From: Hypanus sabinus
Taxonomy: Eukaryota
Direction: 5' to 3'
DNA length: 64,000 nt
Assembly (NCBI RefSeq): GCF_030144855.1
Contig: NC_082722.1
Location: 20,398,001-20,462,000 of the forward strand
Numbering within the stretch: position 1 is the first letter of the stretch; each line of letters opens with the position of its first letter. A program made the position numbers and the translations under genes. Positions 51,501 to 64,000 of this stretch are shown one piece after another. The notes under the pieces were generated by a model. The model was not told where the DNA came from and searched no databases. It saw nothing but the letters and a program-made list of their open reading frames with translations.

Positions 51501-52569
51501 GATAGGATAAATATTTCAACTGAATTTTCATTATTGTTGTTAAAATAATATGAAGATGTGCTGGAGTTACTCCGAATGCAAATAAAAGCTATTGTCTGAT
51601 ACAATGGGGCAGGATTGACGGGAATATCTCAGCACGCAAGGTTCCATCGGCTGCGAGAGAAATCGCTTTAATAGTTCAAGTTGATAGTTTTTCACTGACC
51701 CTGAACAGCAATGTTTTGTATTTTTCTCTCTTCCAAGAAGATTTCTGATAGGCCTAGGAGTCTCAATCTTTTCATCGTAATTTCAGCTTGCAAACTTGGG
51801 CAGCGCTAGTATCCGTTAATAACATGCCTTCTTTCCATGAACGACCTGACTAGATATGAGCTGAACACATGGAGGCATGATCTTCATTCTCCTTCATTCG
51901 TCATTAAATGCATCACGGATATATTTTGGTTTAAAACAATTCTCGAGATTGCCTCATCATGCAACTTTTCAGCCTGCTCCTTATCCCATTAACACGGTTT
52001 TTAACATAAGATGGACAAGAACAGTTCAGGATCAGGACCTGCGGCAAAGCTGCCTGTCGCAGCACGATGTCAAATCAAAATAAATGTGTACTAGCTGCGT
52101 ATAATCTGTATCTCACAAGTAATTGCACATTTGTGTGCCAATTCAAAATCCTCTTTAGTCCAGTATCTTCTACTGATTTCATCTTCTTTAAGCATCAGCT
52201 CCCGCGGGTAAGGTACATCTAATTTCCGGCGCTCCTGCATTTTCTGCGAATTTAAGTATTTGGATCAATTTGTCACGTCTTTTTTAAGAGTCCGTATGAA
52301 AGAAAAATCATTCCGGTTAAGTGAAGGGGCATGACTTCCAACTATTTCTCAAATCTATTTTTGCAACTCGTCTTAGTCTGGAGCACGTTAAAGTAATCAA
52401 ATAACAATTTAATACTCAATGATACGAAACATATTATTTCATGTAATCGACAAATTATGATATAATTTACACAACTATCACTTTGGAAGATTTAGTCCAA
52501 TACAGTTAAAAGTTATACCAAAATCACAGGGCTAAATTATCCGGATGAGCGGTAATCATCATCCATTTT

Positions 52570-52990
52570 GACTTCTCTAATACCGGCTGGGTAGCCTCCA
52601 ACCTGACGACATGAACATTGACATCTCAAACTTCCGTTAATGCCCCTGCTCCCCTTCTTACCCCATGCCTGGCATATTTAGTTGTTTGCCTGTTCTCCTT
52701 CTCGCTCTGGTGCTCCACCCACTTTCTTTCTCCTGAAGCCTCCCGTCCCATTATCCTTTCCCTTCTCCAGCTCTGTATCACTTTCGCCAATCATCTGTCC
52801 AGCTCTCAGCTTCATACCACCCCCTCCGGTCTTCTCCTATCATTTCACATTCCCTCCCCCCACTACTTTCAAATCTCTTACTATCTTTCCTTTCGGTTAG
52901 TCCTGACGAAGAGTCTTGGCCCGAAACGTCGACAGTACATGCTGCCTGGCCGGCTGAGTTCCACCAGCATTGTTGTATCCATTTTGAAAA
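52570..52990 (+). mobile_element. Penelope-like 3' fragment
   Basis: ctgggtagcctccaacctgacgacatgaacattgac (LGSLQPD.MNID) and the terminal motif gtcctgacgaagagtcttggcccgaaacgtcgac. Confidence 0.8.
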
Positions 52991-53949
52991 GTAGTTGCTC
53001 ACTTAAGTAATCAGAAAGCAAAAAGTGTTCCCCAGTCCCCCAACCCGAGATCATGTATTCATTGCCTTTTAAAATGCAAAATAAGTTGTTCAATATTCAA
53101 TATTCTCAGAAAAAGTCTCACAAGTAAATATCAGCTGTTTAATTGTTCTTCCAAACATTGTTTACGCAGTTACCTGTAGAATGAGCATGCCGTAGAATCA
53201 AGACTTATGGACGCCGAAGCAGAGCTTCAGAAACATTTAACTGACAGAAGCAGGCTTTCGAAAATAATCTCATTTTAAACTTATTGCCTTTCACTTAAAA
53301 CGCAAACGAGCTGTCTGCAACATACATGTTTCTGAGAGGTGCAATCCTTGACCATAGATTTTCAATGATGTCCCCAAAAGACTCGCGAGTGTGTTTCAAT
53401 TCTCAGAGACTGTCTTAGTTTCCATAAACGCAAACCATAATTACATTCTTGGTAACTGACACGATAATTAAAACCTCTATTCCGAACAACTTTCTATAGA
53501 AAACTTGCACAAGCTCGCATGTAAACATTGGCATTTCCGTATTACAAACAGTAAGTGAACATATATCCAGTTTGAGAGAATTTGAAACTATATTTGAATG
53601 GCACATAATAATATAATCTGATGGCATTTCACATGTGCAGTGAATTAGAGAAGGGAAACCTCCAGTCACGCACGACTAGAGGCATTTAAATATTTTAATA
53701 TATTAATTTAAATACTTGGACTCATGATTCACGGATGTGGGGTCTGAACTTGGGTCTCGAGAAACACAATTCCTTGCACGTATTCCGAGCATTCAGTATT
53801 CTATAGTCAGCAATCTGAACCATTAGTCTATTTACTTAACAATTTTATTAGGCCACTGAATATTCACTAAATATGGAATTGTAATCTCTGTTTCTTACTT
53901 TACGGTAATCCATAAAGCTCCTGATCTCCGCAGGTTAAAAGATCCGCGA

Positions 53950-54500
53950 GATGTGTAGGTCATATCGAAGAACATTCATCTGCTGAGGCACATGGCATGG
54001 AATAATGGTTGGGTCGTGATGCTAGATCTAGATTCTGGAGGGAGATAAGCAAAAACACTGCAGCTATCAGTGCTGAAATCTAACAAATAAAGTGGAGTGA
54101 TAATAGGAATCATTACAGGAGAACTGAAAGGCCGATGAAACCAGCTGCGGATTGGGAACAGAGAATACTTTGTGGGAAATGTGTGTGCGGTGAACGGATG
54201 GAACGAGGAGGAGGAGGTAACGAACACGTGTGCGTAGGAGCTGAGGTGAGTGTGGATCGGGTTTAACCTACAGCAGCAAACTCGGTGTGTAATTTCGTCG
54301 TTTGAAGAATGTATAACGAATATGAGGCCAGATATAAGCTACAAAATGCTAACCTTGATTGAAAAGGACGTGGTGTATGACCAGAAAGACATGCTATGCT
54401 CCAGCAAGGTGCAATGAATTGGTTTAGCCACACCTGCGAACTATTTTGAATATTTTCTTGTAAAAATAACAAGTTTCGAATGGTAGAGTGCACAATATTG
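53950..54500 (-). mobile_element. Penelope-like GIY-YIG fragment (degenerate)
   Basis: Homology to 3890-4610. Confidence 0.55.
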
Positions 54501-54909
54501 ACTTCTCAAAGCAGCTTAGAAACTATCATAATACTTTGCTTTTTCAGCTTTCTGCTAAATCGCTATGATCGTCATTGTGTGTTCTTCATTCGTCTCTCTC
54601 TGAATAACATGGAAGTTTAACGCGTCTGAGATCCCCTCGATAATGGCATATCCAATCACATTTTCAGTTCACGTTTCCTTTTTCCACTGCAGCTCATATC
54701 GATATGCTGATTTTTTCCATCATTTTGAGTGTGTTGCTTGGATTTTCAGCATCTGAAGATTTTCTCTTGTCTATATCGGTAATAGGTAGCATGGCATTGT
54801 CACTATTCCGTTGCATTCTGAAGATTTCCAGCGATTTATTGTTATGAGTATGGTCTGATAAGTTAAAAGGCTGGATCAAAGAAGAAAATCATTACTTCAA
54901 ATTATTAAT

Positions 54910-56690
54910 TAAGAAGGTTTCAAAAAAACTAGGTAATGCTCGGGATCAAGGAGAATCTGAGGCTAGTAGGAAGGACCTTAAGAATGGAATTCGTGGAGCT
55001 AGACGGGCAAATGAGAAGGTCTTGGCGAGCAGGATTAAAGAAAATCCCAAGGCTTTGTAAAAGTATGTGAAAAGCAAGAGTTTAGACGTGAGAGAATAGG
55101 ACCAAACAAGTGTAACTGTGGAAAGTGTGTATGGAACCGGAGGAGATAGCAGAGGTACGTAATGAATACTTTGCTTCCGTTTTCACTACCGAAAAGGATC
55201 GTGGCGATTGTAGGGATGACTTAAAGCGGATCAAAAAGCTTGTCCATATAGTAATTAAGGAAGAGGATATACTGTTCCATTATTCAAGAAATGGACGAGA
55301 GATAACCCAGGAAATTATAGACCAGTGAGTCTTACTTCAGTGGTTGGTAATTTGGTGGAAAAGATTCTGAGAGGCAGCATTTGTGAACATCTGGAAGGGC
55401 ATCATATTAATAGGTACCGCCAGCATGGCTTTGTCAAAGCAGGTCGTGCATTACGAGCCTGATAGCATTTTTTGCGTATGTGACTAAACACATTTATTAA
55501 TGTAGTGTAGTAGATGTAGTGTATATGGATTTCAGCAAGGCATGTGACAAAGTATTCCTTACAACGCTTATTGAGAAAGTGAAGAGGCACGGGATCGTAC
55601 GGAACTTCCTTTGTGGATCTAGAATCGGCTTGCCCACAGAAGCCAACGTGCAGTTGTAGATGGGTCATATTCTGCATGGAGGTCGGTGTCCAGTGTGTGC
55701 CTCAAGAATGCCTCTGGTATTGGAACCCTTCTCTTCGTGATTGTTATAAATGACCTGGATGAGGAAGTGGAGGGGTGGATTGATAATTGTGCTGATGACA
55801 AAAATTATGTGTTGTTGTGGATAGAGTGCAGGGCAATCAAAGGCTACAGCGGGACATCAATGGGAATCAAAAGTGGGCTGAGAGTGGCAGATGGAGTTCA
55901 AAACAGATAGGCGCGAGGTGCTTGACTTTGGTAGGTCAAATATGATAGCATATGATAATGGTAAGTCTCTTGGAGGTGTAGACGATCAGAGGGATCTTGG
56001 GGTCCAAGTCTATTGGACACTGAAAGCTGCGGTGCAGGTTGTTTCTGTTGTTAAGAAGGCATACGGTGCAATGACCTTCATCAACCGTGGGATTGTGTTT
56101 TAGAGCTGAGTGGTATTGTTACAGCTATGCAGGACCCATGTAAGACCCCACTTGGAGTATTATGTTCAGTTCTGGTCAACTCACGACAGGAAGCTGTTGA
56201 AACTATAAGAAAGGTGCAGAGGAGATGTTGCCTGGATCGGGGAGCTTTCCATATGAGAGCAAGTTGGGTGAACTGGGCATTTTCTCGATGGAGCGGCGGA
56301 CAATGTGTGGTAACCTGATGGAGGTGTATAAGGTGATGAAAGGAATTGATAGTGTTGATAGTCAGAAGCTTTTCTCAGGGTTGAAATAGCTAAAATTAGT
56401 GGGCAAAGTTTGGCGACACTTGGAACACTTGGACAACTTGGACAACTTGGCGACAGAGGAGACGCAAGGGATATTTTTTTTTTTTGCACAGAGAGCGGTG
56501 AGTGCGTGAAACAGGCTACTGCCGATGGTGGTGGAATCCGATACAGTAGAGTTGTTTAGTAGTCTCCTTTAACAAATACAAGGCGCTTAGAAATATAGAG
56601 GACTCTGGTTAATCTTCGGTAATTTCTATAGTAAGTACAAGTACGGCACAGCATTGTGAGCTGAAGGGATTCTATTGTGCTGTAGATTTC
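54910..56690 (+). mobile_element. CR1 LINE RT region
   Basis: NEYFASVFTTEKD, LLFVIVINDLDEEVEGWI...ADD, DQRDLGVQV, 3' tail ctatgtttct; a 9-mer tandem array at about 56410-56455. Confidence 0.9.
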
Positions 56691-56999
56691 CTATGTTTCT
56701 GACTTTGCGTTCCTCCTGTTGTACTTTTGCGGTATTTTGTCAGAGTGGTGTATCGGCACTGGCCAACTTGCCAGGTCATTATTTGAGAGTTGTTATTACT
56801 GAAGCAGATGGACTCCTCTATTAGAATAGCCGAGAGCTGCAGGGAAAAATAGTTTTGTTAAATTAATTTATGGATGACAGCTAGGAGCTGTTGGATCTAT
56901 TCTACTGTTTGATAGTGTTTTATATCAAGCTTCTGAGCCACTAATTATACAATACGTTATTTTATTGGCTGAATGCAAAACTCAGACGCTGCGTGGATT

Positions 57000-57630
57000 A
57001 CGTTTACATAGAAACATTGAAAATCTAGAGCACAATACATGCCCTTCGGACTACAATGCTGCACCGAACATGTACTTAGTTTAGATATTAACTAGGGATA
57101 CTCATTGCCATCTATTTTACCAAACTCCATGTATCCACCCATGAGACTCTTAAGTGTCCCTATTGTTGCCCCGCACCTCCATCTCCTGCAGCTTATTCCA
57201 CGCACTCACCTCTCCGTGTAAAAAGCTTACCCCGACATCTCCACTGTACCGGTTCCAACTTCCAAGCAGCATAATCCATTTCACTGACAATCTGAACATC
57301 TAGCTATCCACACGGTGAATGTCTATCTTCATCTTAAAAAAAAACAAATCAGGTTACTTATCTTCCTTTGTCGCTCTAAAGATAAAAAGGCCGAATTCAC
57401 CTAACCTATTCTCATCAGGCATGCTCCCCAGTCCAGGAAAATATCTTGTAAAATCTCCTCTGCACACATTTCATAGTTTGCACACACTTCCTGTAATGAA
57501 GTGACTAGAACTGAGCACTGTACTGGAACTGTGGTCTGACCAGGCGCCTATATAGCTGTAACATTACCTCTCGGCTCTTGAACTCAAGAGAACGGTTTAT
57601 GAAGTTCAATGCGCCTTACTCCTTCTTAAC
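57000..57630 (-). mobile_element. CR1 3' fragment
   Basis: acatagaaacattgaaaatctagagcac tail plus reverse-strand ORF2 C-terminus. Confidence 0.75.
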
Positions 57631-57639
57631 CGCAGAGGC

Positions 57640-57975
57640 GACCAGCGCTTTTGAAAAAGATAAACGTTTTAAGATTAGCTTTACGTGTCTCATATGCATC
57701 GAAATATACAGAAAAAACAGTGCCTAAATCAAATCACCGAGGATATGCTATGTGGCCTGCAAGTGTTTCTACGCATCTGGCGCCAGGACGACATGCCCAC
57801 AAACCATCAGCCTTAACTGTAGGTCTCTGGAATGTGGGTGGACACTGGAGCATCCGGATGAAACACAGGATCCACGGGAAGAACATGTAAACTCCTTACA
57901 GACTGCGTCAGGAATCGAACCCTCATCTTATAGCTGATGCAGTAAAGCATTGTGGTGACCGCTAAGCTAATGTAT
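57640..57975 (-). mobile_element. tRNA-derived SINE
   Basis: Reverse strand has A-box-like agcttagcggt and B-box GGTTCGATTCC, followed by the gtctgtaaggagttt.catgttct.cccgtg core. Confidence 0.7.
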
Positions 57976-58479
57976 TGCCATGAAAAAAAATGAAGAAAGA
58001 CATAAGCTCAACCATCCCTTCAGAATATACTGTAGCTGACAATTGTGTGTAGTTGAAGTAAATTGAGCGTTTGCACCACTGATCGAGGTCTTCCTCTGCG
58101 ACAAGCTGTATCACCCCCGTGTTATCTGAGAGAGATGCTCAGTGCTGATCCAGCTGCCCTTACTTATATGGCTCAATGCAACTACCTGCACTATTTAATT
58201 AGGCTGTATTTACAAAATATACGATGATTCTTGAGAAGATTCAAGTTCACTAGGCAATTAATCTGCAATCCGAGCTAGGAAGCCAGGTGCAGTTAACGTT
58301 AATCTACATAATAGTTCCAAGATGTGTATATATCATTGCAAACGAGACCAAATGTTTCGAACAGGGTAGAATATACAGTGTATTCTGTAAACAGTGTAAA
58401 CACAATGTGACGAAGCAGGTGATTATGATCGGTGTCCCATTTTTAATGGCAAGGGGAGAGCAATAAGAACAAAACACTT

Positions 58480-59165
58480 ACAAGTAGTGAAGAAACAGTC
58501 GATGTTCCGGGTCAGGAGCCTTCATCAGCATTGGAAACGAAAAGGGATGATGTCAGAATACTAAAGCGGGAAAGTGAAAGTAGGACTAACAAGAAGGTCA
58601 AGAGTAAAGGCAGGTGAGTGGGGGAGAGGCGATGAAGAAAAAATTGGGAGGTGATAGATGGAAAAGCAAAAGTACTGCAGAAGGATGAAGCTGATAAGAT
58701 AGGAGATTACACCGTGCGAGAAAGGGAAGCAGGAATTGAACAAAGGAGGGGATATAGGTAGGTGAGGAGAAGAGGTAGGAGGCTAGAGTGTGGAACTGCG
58801 CAAAACGGAAGGGAGAGAGAGAAAATAATGAAAGGGTTAATTTATGTTCATGCCATCAGATTGGACGCTACCTAGACTAAAAATGAAACGTCGATCCTCC
58901 ACCCTCAGAGTAGTCTCATCGTGGCAGAAGAAGAAACCGAGGACCAAAATGTCGCGACGAGAATGGGGATAGGAAGGGTAATGACTGGCGACCGGAATTT
59001 ACACATTTTGTGGATGCAGTGGAGGTACTTGAAAAAGCGATCCTCTAATTTATATCGGGTCCCACCAACGTAGACCAGGCGGCATCGGAAGTACAGGACA
59101 GAGTAAACAACCATAATAGATTCGGAGATGAAAGTGTTGTCTCACCAGGGTGGGCCCCTGAATAG
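58480..59165 (-). mobile_element. Penelope-like GIY-YIG fragment, segmental-duplication paralog of 3890-4610
   Basis: ORF 58905-59114 nearly matches ORF 4261-4548 and shares its private mutations. Confidence 0.85.
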
Positions 59166-59861
59166 CGGTGATAAATTATATTTCTTAATAATAATTTCCA
59201 TGTTGTCTTGGTCTGACAGGGACATTGTCCTTCCATTTAGATTTACATTCCAGATTGGAAATCAAATGCTATCTTCCCCCAGGGATGTACTCAACTCAGT
59301 ACAAGTTTGACAACATTTCTTAGTCATTTACGGAGGAATGTTATTCTAGAATCTACCTCGGTATTGTAAATCATCACACAAATAAAAAAAGACATTCTTC
59401 ATAGGGTGGCCACTACTGTTTTTATTTTAACAGTATGTTAAGCCATATAGAAAAACATTGACAAAATTCCGACTAGATTCCATTATTTTCTGATTGAAAT
59501 GAAAGTAATTCTCAATACTTCTCCATGTATTCTCTAATGACAGGCTAGTCAAGGTTCTCGGCTCGAAAGTCAATTGTTCATTTACCTACATTGATGCCAC
59601 CTCACGCTTGGACCGCTGGATAAACAAAATGTTTCTCTTGACATTGATATTGTTATGAGTTTTTCTTTACTACTGTGATGTATAACTGGTTCCGCAACTG
59701 TATTGGATTGTATTTGATTTTGTGATAACGCTTCACATTATTCACTTTGCAGAATGTTCAAGCCGTAGAATCGAAACACGAACGTTTCAGAACTACGTGA
59801 GAAAATTTTATTTGGGAGGAAGAGGGTTCGAAATCACTCATTTCAAGTTTGAGCCATTGTT
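58480..59861. repeat. Direct segmental duplication of about 3890-5305
   Basis: Colinear through TE and non-TE sequence at roughly 85-90% identity by eye; ends exactly at the LTR start. Confidence 0.9.
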
Positions 59862-60537
59862 TGTAATGACATGAAGGATGAACAACTCTGATGGGCAGAA
59901 GGGTACAGATTTGCACATATTTCCCCCCGCCCCGCGAGGATCACAAACTATTACTGTTACCACGCGGCTAATGAGAGAAAAAGTGAGACAAAGGGAAAAC
60001 ATACTGACATACTGGGACTGGAACCTCTGCATCAGGTAAAGGAGAGATAACACCGGCGGAGAGAGACCCACCATATTATGACTCCTGAAAGACTTATGGC
60101 TCCGGAGAGGGCTGTTTACTTGGTGCCATTCTGTTCATTAAAATTCCTCAGCAGACATCCGGAATGGGCTGGTTTGATGTACTAAGCCATTCAAAACTGA
60201 TTGACACCTGAGACCCCGTGAGTAGGGATAAAAGTGAAGTCTGGCGAGACAGCCCTCAGACACACCAGGAGACACAGTAGTGAACGCTGCTTGAGGGTTG
60301 GAACCCACGAGAAGGTTTGGGGCATCGGGGACCTAACAATGCATCGGTCAGTTTAACTCAGAATATTATAGCAAGGCCGGTGTGGGCTTGTGTGCATGTG
60401 TCCGCCCTTGCCTCGGTGACGAGTTCACCACAGAAGAACGGTCCAGCTGAAGGATAGAGGGGTCATATCTGAATGTCCACAACATCGACGGAGGTAGAAC
60501 GTAAAGGAAGGTTTGCCTGGCTTTAGCTGTTACTGTT

Positions 60538-60616
<79 letters not shown>

Positions 60617-60913
60617 GTTTAAAATACAAGAACCAACAACTACCTCAGCCCGTATGAACTGAACTAAACTTAATACTTATAAACGACAATTCATTATCCC
60701 CTAGATATCGATAGAGCTTATTTATTATTGATTATTATTATTATACCCACTCTTTTAGGTTTAGTATTGCAAACGTGTATGATCTATATATTTGCATTGC
60801 TGACATTGATTTGTGTATTTTACTAATAAACACTGTTTGAAAATAGTACCACCAGACTCCAACGTGTTCTTCTATCTTTGCTGATAAGACACCCAGTTAC
60901 GGTGTACATAACA
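59862..60913 (+). mobile_element. 5' LTR (1052 bp)
   Basis: TGTAATG...CATAACA terminal inverted repeat (6/7 match), AATAAA near 60824; the junction is defined by the empty paralogous site near 5305. Confidence 0.88.
60542..60612. repeat. (CT)n microsatellite inside the LTR
   Basis: Direct read. Confidence 0.97.
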
Positions 60914-60916
60914 AAT

Positions 60917-60935
60917 TGGGGCCTCGACTCCGGAT
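60917..60935 (+). other. Primer-binding site, tRNA-Pro-like
   Basis: TGGGGCCTCGACTCCGGAT versus the canonical TGGGGGCTCGTCCGGGAT, 3 nt after the LTR end. Confidence 0.7.
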
Positions 60936-61017
60936 TTGATAACTGAATTCGGGGGCCAGTGAATCGGTCCATTATTTGATCTGGTTGCGTGGGTAACCAG
61001 ACGGGAAACCAGCAAAG

Positions 61018-62832
61018 ACGGATATAGACAATTTTTTTTTTGAAAGCCCGACTTTGAAGGCGCTAGAGGATACCACGAAGACGGACTTGGTGAATATTGT
61101 GAAACGATATTCCCAGAGGTGACGTCAGCGATGAAAAAGTGGGGCATATAGAGAACCGTAGCCCAGCACTATATGTCGATGGAGGTGTTTTCGGCTGGGG
61201 TATTGGATCTGTTCCCTGAAAAGAAACCAGTTGTTGGGGTGGTTCAGTTAGAGATGGACAGATTAAGGTTGGACGCTGAACAGAAGAAAAGGGAGTATGA
61301 GCTCCAGCTAAAGGAGTTAGAGGCGAAAAGGGAGCGGGAAAGAGCTGCATGGGAGAAGGAAAAAGCTGCGATAGAGGCACAACGGGAGAAGGAGAAAGCA
61401 GAAAGTGAGTTGGAAGAAAGATAAAAGGAGAAACAGAGGCAGCATGCGCTGGAAATGGAGAGATTGAAGCAACAGGGAAGAGACCGAGGGGAAGGCTCAA
61501 GAGTGGAGGTTTAATGTTAGTAGGGAGTTTAGGTTAGTACCTCCGTTCGAGGAGACAGATGTTGATAGTTACTTCTTGGATTTTGAAAAGGTGGCAGTGA
61601 ATTAGAAGTGGCCCAGAGTTCAGTGGGTGGCGTTGTTACAAAGTGTATTAAAAGGGAAGGCTCAAGGGGCATATACGGCGTTGTCCGAGGGGGAGTCTGA
61701 GGATTATGAGGAAGTAAAACAGGTTATCCTTCGGGCCTACGAGTTGGTACCTGACGCGTATAGACAAAAGTTCAGAGGTTTAAAGAAACTGTGGAAACAG
61801 ACGCATGCAGACTTTGCCTATGAAAAGGGTGTGCTCTTGGATCGTTGGTGTGCTGCATAAATGGTGGAGGAGGATTTCCATCGTTTCAGAGAGCTAATTC
61901 TGATTAAGGAATTTAAAGTTTGTATTTCGGATAATATTCGGATGTATCTGAACGAGAAGACGAATAAGTCTATAGCGGTATTTGCCAGATTAGCAGATGA
62001 ATATGCCCTAACCCGCAAGTCAAAGGTTTCCTCGAATAAGAGTTATCAGAAAGACCATTGGGACGGTATAGAAAGCCCGACGGCTAAGGTCGAGAATAAG
62101 CCGGGAGCTGGTGGTAAAGGTAAGGAGGAGGACAAGCAGGCTGGTAGGAAGTTTCCTCGCTTGACCTGTTATAATTGTGGAAAGGCTGGACATATTACAG
62201 CTAAGTGCTTTGTTCCGAAGGAGGAGGCAGGAAAAGGGAAAACAGCAATCCCTACAGGTTGCATTAGCAGATCGATGAGGGAGGCAAAGGAAGATAGAGT
62301 ACGAGAGGGCCGTGAGGAATGTATTTCGGAGGGGACAGTGTCTGTAAAAGAACGTGAAACCCCAGTTCCAGTGAGAATTTAGAGAGATACTGGGGCTGAC
62401 CAGTCATTGATCCTAAGTAAGGTGCTAGATTTCGGTCCTGAAACTGGAGAGGTGGTATTAAGAGGCATAGGAAAAGGGACAGAAGCTGTACCCTTGCACA
62501 GGATCATTTTAAAATTTGACCTGTTATCTGGACCAGTCGTAGTAGGGGTGCGGTCAGAATTACCGAGAGACGGTGTGGACGTCGTTCTTGGTAACGGTTT
62601 AGCAGGTGGTGACGTGTGTTCAGCAGTGAAGCTGACAAGCAAGCCTGTGAGTGCTGAGGACACACCCTTAGATTCGAAGATTGATCCCGCATGCGCGATC
62701 ACTCGCAGCATGTGGACAAAGGCGGCTGAGAAAGAGGTCAGTTTAAATGAGTCCAGTGTTGATTTGGCTGAGACGTTTTTACCGACCCTGTACCAAGAGG
62801 GGTTAGGAGATGGTAAAACTGAGAATACGTAG
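61018..62832 (+). pseudogene. gag: Gag and protease of the Gypsy element, interrupted
   Basis: ORF pieces 61173-61424, 61627-61860, 61861-62382 and 62407-62832; stops at about 61422, 61858, 62380 and 62830. Confidence 0.85.
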
Positions 62833-62916
62833 GTGAAAGAGATTAAAGGAGAGGAGGTAGACCTAACTTTAGCAAGGAAATAATTTATAAAGGAGTAAGG
62901 ACGTGACGAGGAGCTT

Positions 62917-64000
62917 GTGGCATTGAGAGAGTCAGTTCTTTCTGAGACAGAACTGGATAAAGAACCAGAGGGCTACTACCTGAAAGACGGTGTGTTGATG
63001 AGGAAGTTGAGGCCTACCACGTTGCCAGTCGATGAGGACGGGGCGGTGGTACATCAGGTGGTAGTACAGAAGGTGTATCGGGATGAAATGTTGAACGTAG
63101 CTCACACGGGACCTCTAGGTGGATCTTTGGGATTAAGGAAGACAGTGGATGTGTTTATGAAAGATTTTTATTGGCCAAAAATGAGGAAGGATATAGCTGA
63201 TTATTGTAAAAGGTGCCATCCGTGTCAGGTGGTAGGAAAGCCGAACCAGGTTATCCCTAAGGCACCTCTCAGACCGATACCCGCTTTTGAGGATCCTTTC
63301 TCCCGAATCATTGTGGATTTTGTGGGTCCTTTGCCTAGAACAGCGAGTGGGCGGCAGTACGTCATGAGCATGATGTGTGCCGCTACACGATTTCCAGAGG
63401 CTGTGCCTCTGGGGAATATTAGGGCCCCTGCGGTAGTGAAGGCACTCATTAAATTCTTTACCACAGTGGGGCTACCTAAGGAAATAAAATCGGATCAGGG
63501 GAGTATATTTACATCCAGAGCATTTCAGCAAATGATGACACAGATGAGAGTTAATCAAATTTTAGCTTCTGCATACCATCCGAAATCCCAAGGAGCGTTG
63601 GAAAGATTTCACGCTAAACTAAAGACCATTGTTAAAACTTACTGTCAGGAAAACGTTCGAGATAGGAGGATGCATTACCACTTCGGTTATTTGCAGTGAG
63701 GGATACTGTTCAGGAATCTCTGGCGTTCAGTCCGTTTGAGCTCGTTTTTGGTCACAGGCCAAGAGGACCTTAACCCTACTGAAAGACATGTGGTCTAGTC
63801 CGAACGTTCAAATCAGTGTGATTGACAATGTTTTAAAATTCCGGGAAAGACTACATATGGAATGCGCCTTGGCAAAGGAAAGTTTAAAAGACTCCCAGAC
63901 GGGAATCAAACAATGGTATGACAAACGTACCCGAGAGCAAGAATGTCACGTGGGCGATAAGGTATTGGTCCTATTCCCTGTAGTTACCAATCCCCTACAG
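62917..64000 (+). pseudogene. Integrase of the Gypsy element
   Basis: AHTGPLGGSLG...YWPKMRKDIADYCKRCHPCQ, RIIVDFVGPLP, SDQGSIF, GALERFH; frameshift near 63670, then FAVRDTVQESL.FSPFELVFG. Confidence 0.88.

Larger units (their letters stand above)
59862..64000 (+). mobile_element. Gypsy-superfamily LTR retrotransposon, Gmr1-like (gag, protease, integrase order), degenerate, continues beyond the window
   Basis: 5' LTR, PBS, gag with coiled coil, SCAN-like segment and CCHC knuckle (CYNCGKAGHITAKC), protease RDTGADQS, then HHCC and rve integrase with no RT before it; several stops and frameshifts. Confidence 0.92.

Noticed and set aside
52140-52260. RKLDVPYPREL on the minus strand, resembling C1 RKLMC...FYPQEL
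   Set aside because: Lacks both Cys, the core Trp and the CxVxH end; too short to call a third C1 exon.
54694-54879. 61-aa minus-strand ORF after a good acceptor
   Set aside because: No tyrosine motif, no similarity to family exons and no partner exons found.
56410-56455. Short 9-mer tandem array (acttggaca)
   Set aside because: Local slippage inside a CR1; no spacers, not CRISPR-like, not coding.
60366-60629. ORF with an (ER)n tract
   Set aside because: Translation of the (CT)n microsatellite in the LTR.
1-64000. rRNA, tRNA, CRISPR or prokaryotic systems; an activating (charged-TM) partner receptor
   Set aside because: None seen. The only tRNA-like boxes belong to a SINE, and both TM exons found are uncharged.

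Overview
Eukaryotic, AT-rich (~40% GC by eye), transposon-dense vertebrate DNA. The repeat landscape (CR1 LINEs with microsatellite tails, Penelope-like GIY-YIG fragments with palindromic termini, Rex1/Babar, L1, tRNA-derived SINEs, a Gmr1-type Gypsy element) suggests a cartilaginous fish, probably a ray; this is inference. The non-TE content is a minus-strand tandem cluster of immunoglobulin-superfamily receptor genes with the architecture leader / germline-joined VJ domain / antigen-receptor-type C1 domain / uncharged TM / short cytoplasmic exon / double-ITIM exon. Gene A (9128-20355) has six phase-compatible exons and an intact ectodomain and TM, but a 1-nt deletion at the start of the ITIM exon truncates its tail as assembled. 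Gene B (35690-46930) is a diverged paralog with a decayed V and C1 but intact TM and ITIM exons. A further dead ITIM exon, a duplicated C1 fragment and repeated flanking modules (about 2-8 kb, 21-28 kb, 31-35 kb, 58-60 kb) point to birth-and-death evolution by segmental duplication. The window ends inside a degenerate Gypsy LTR retrotransposon with a SCAN-like gag and protease-integrase order. All exon models were read by eye from splice signals and translation; TE boundaries are approximate and no database search was run.
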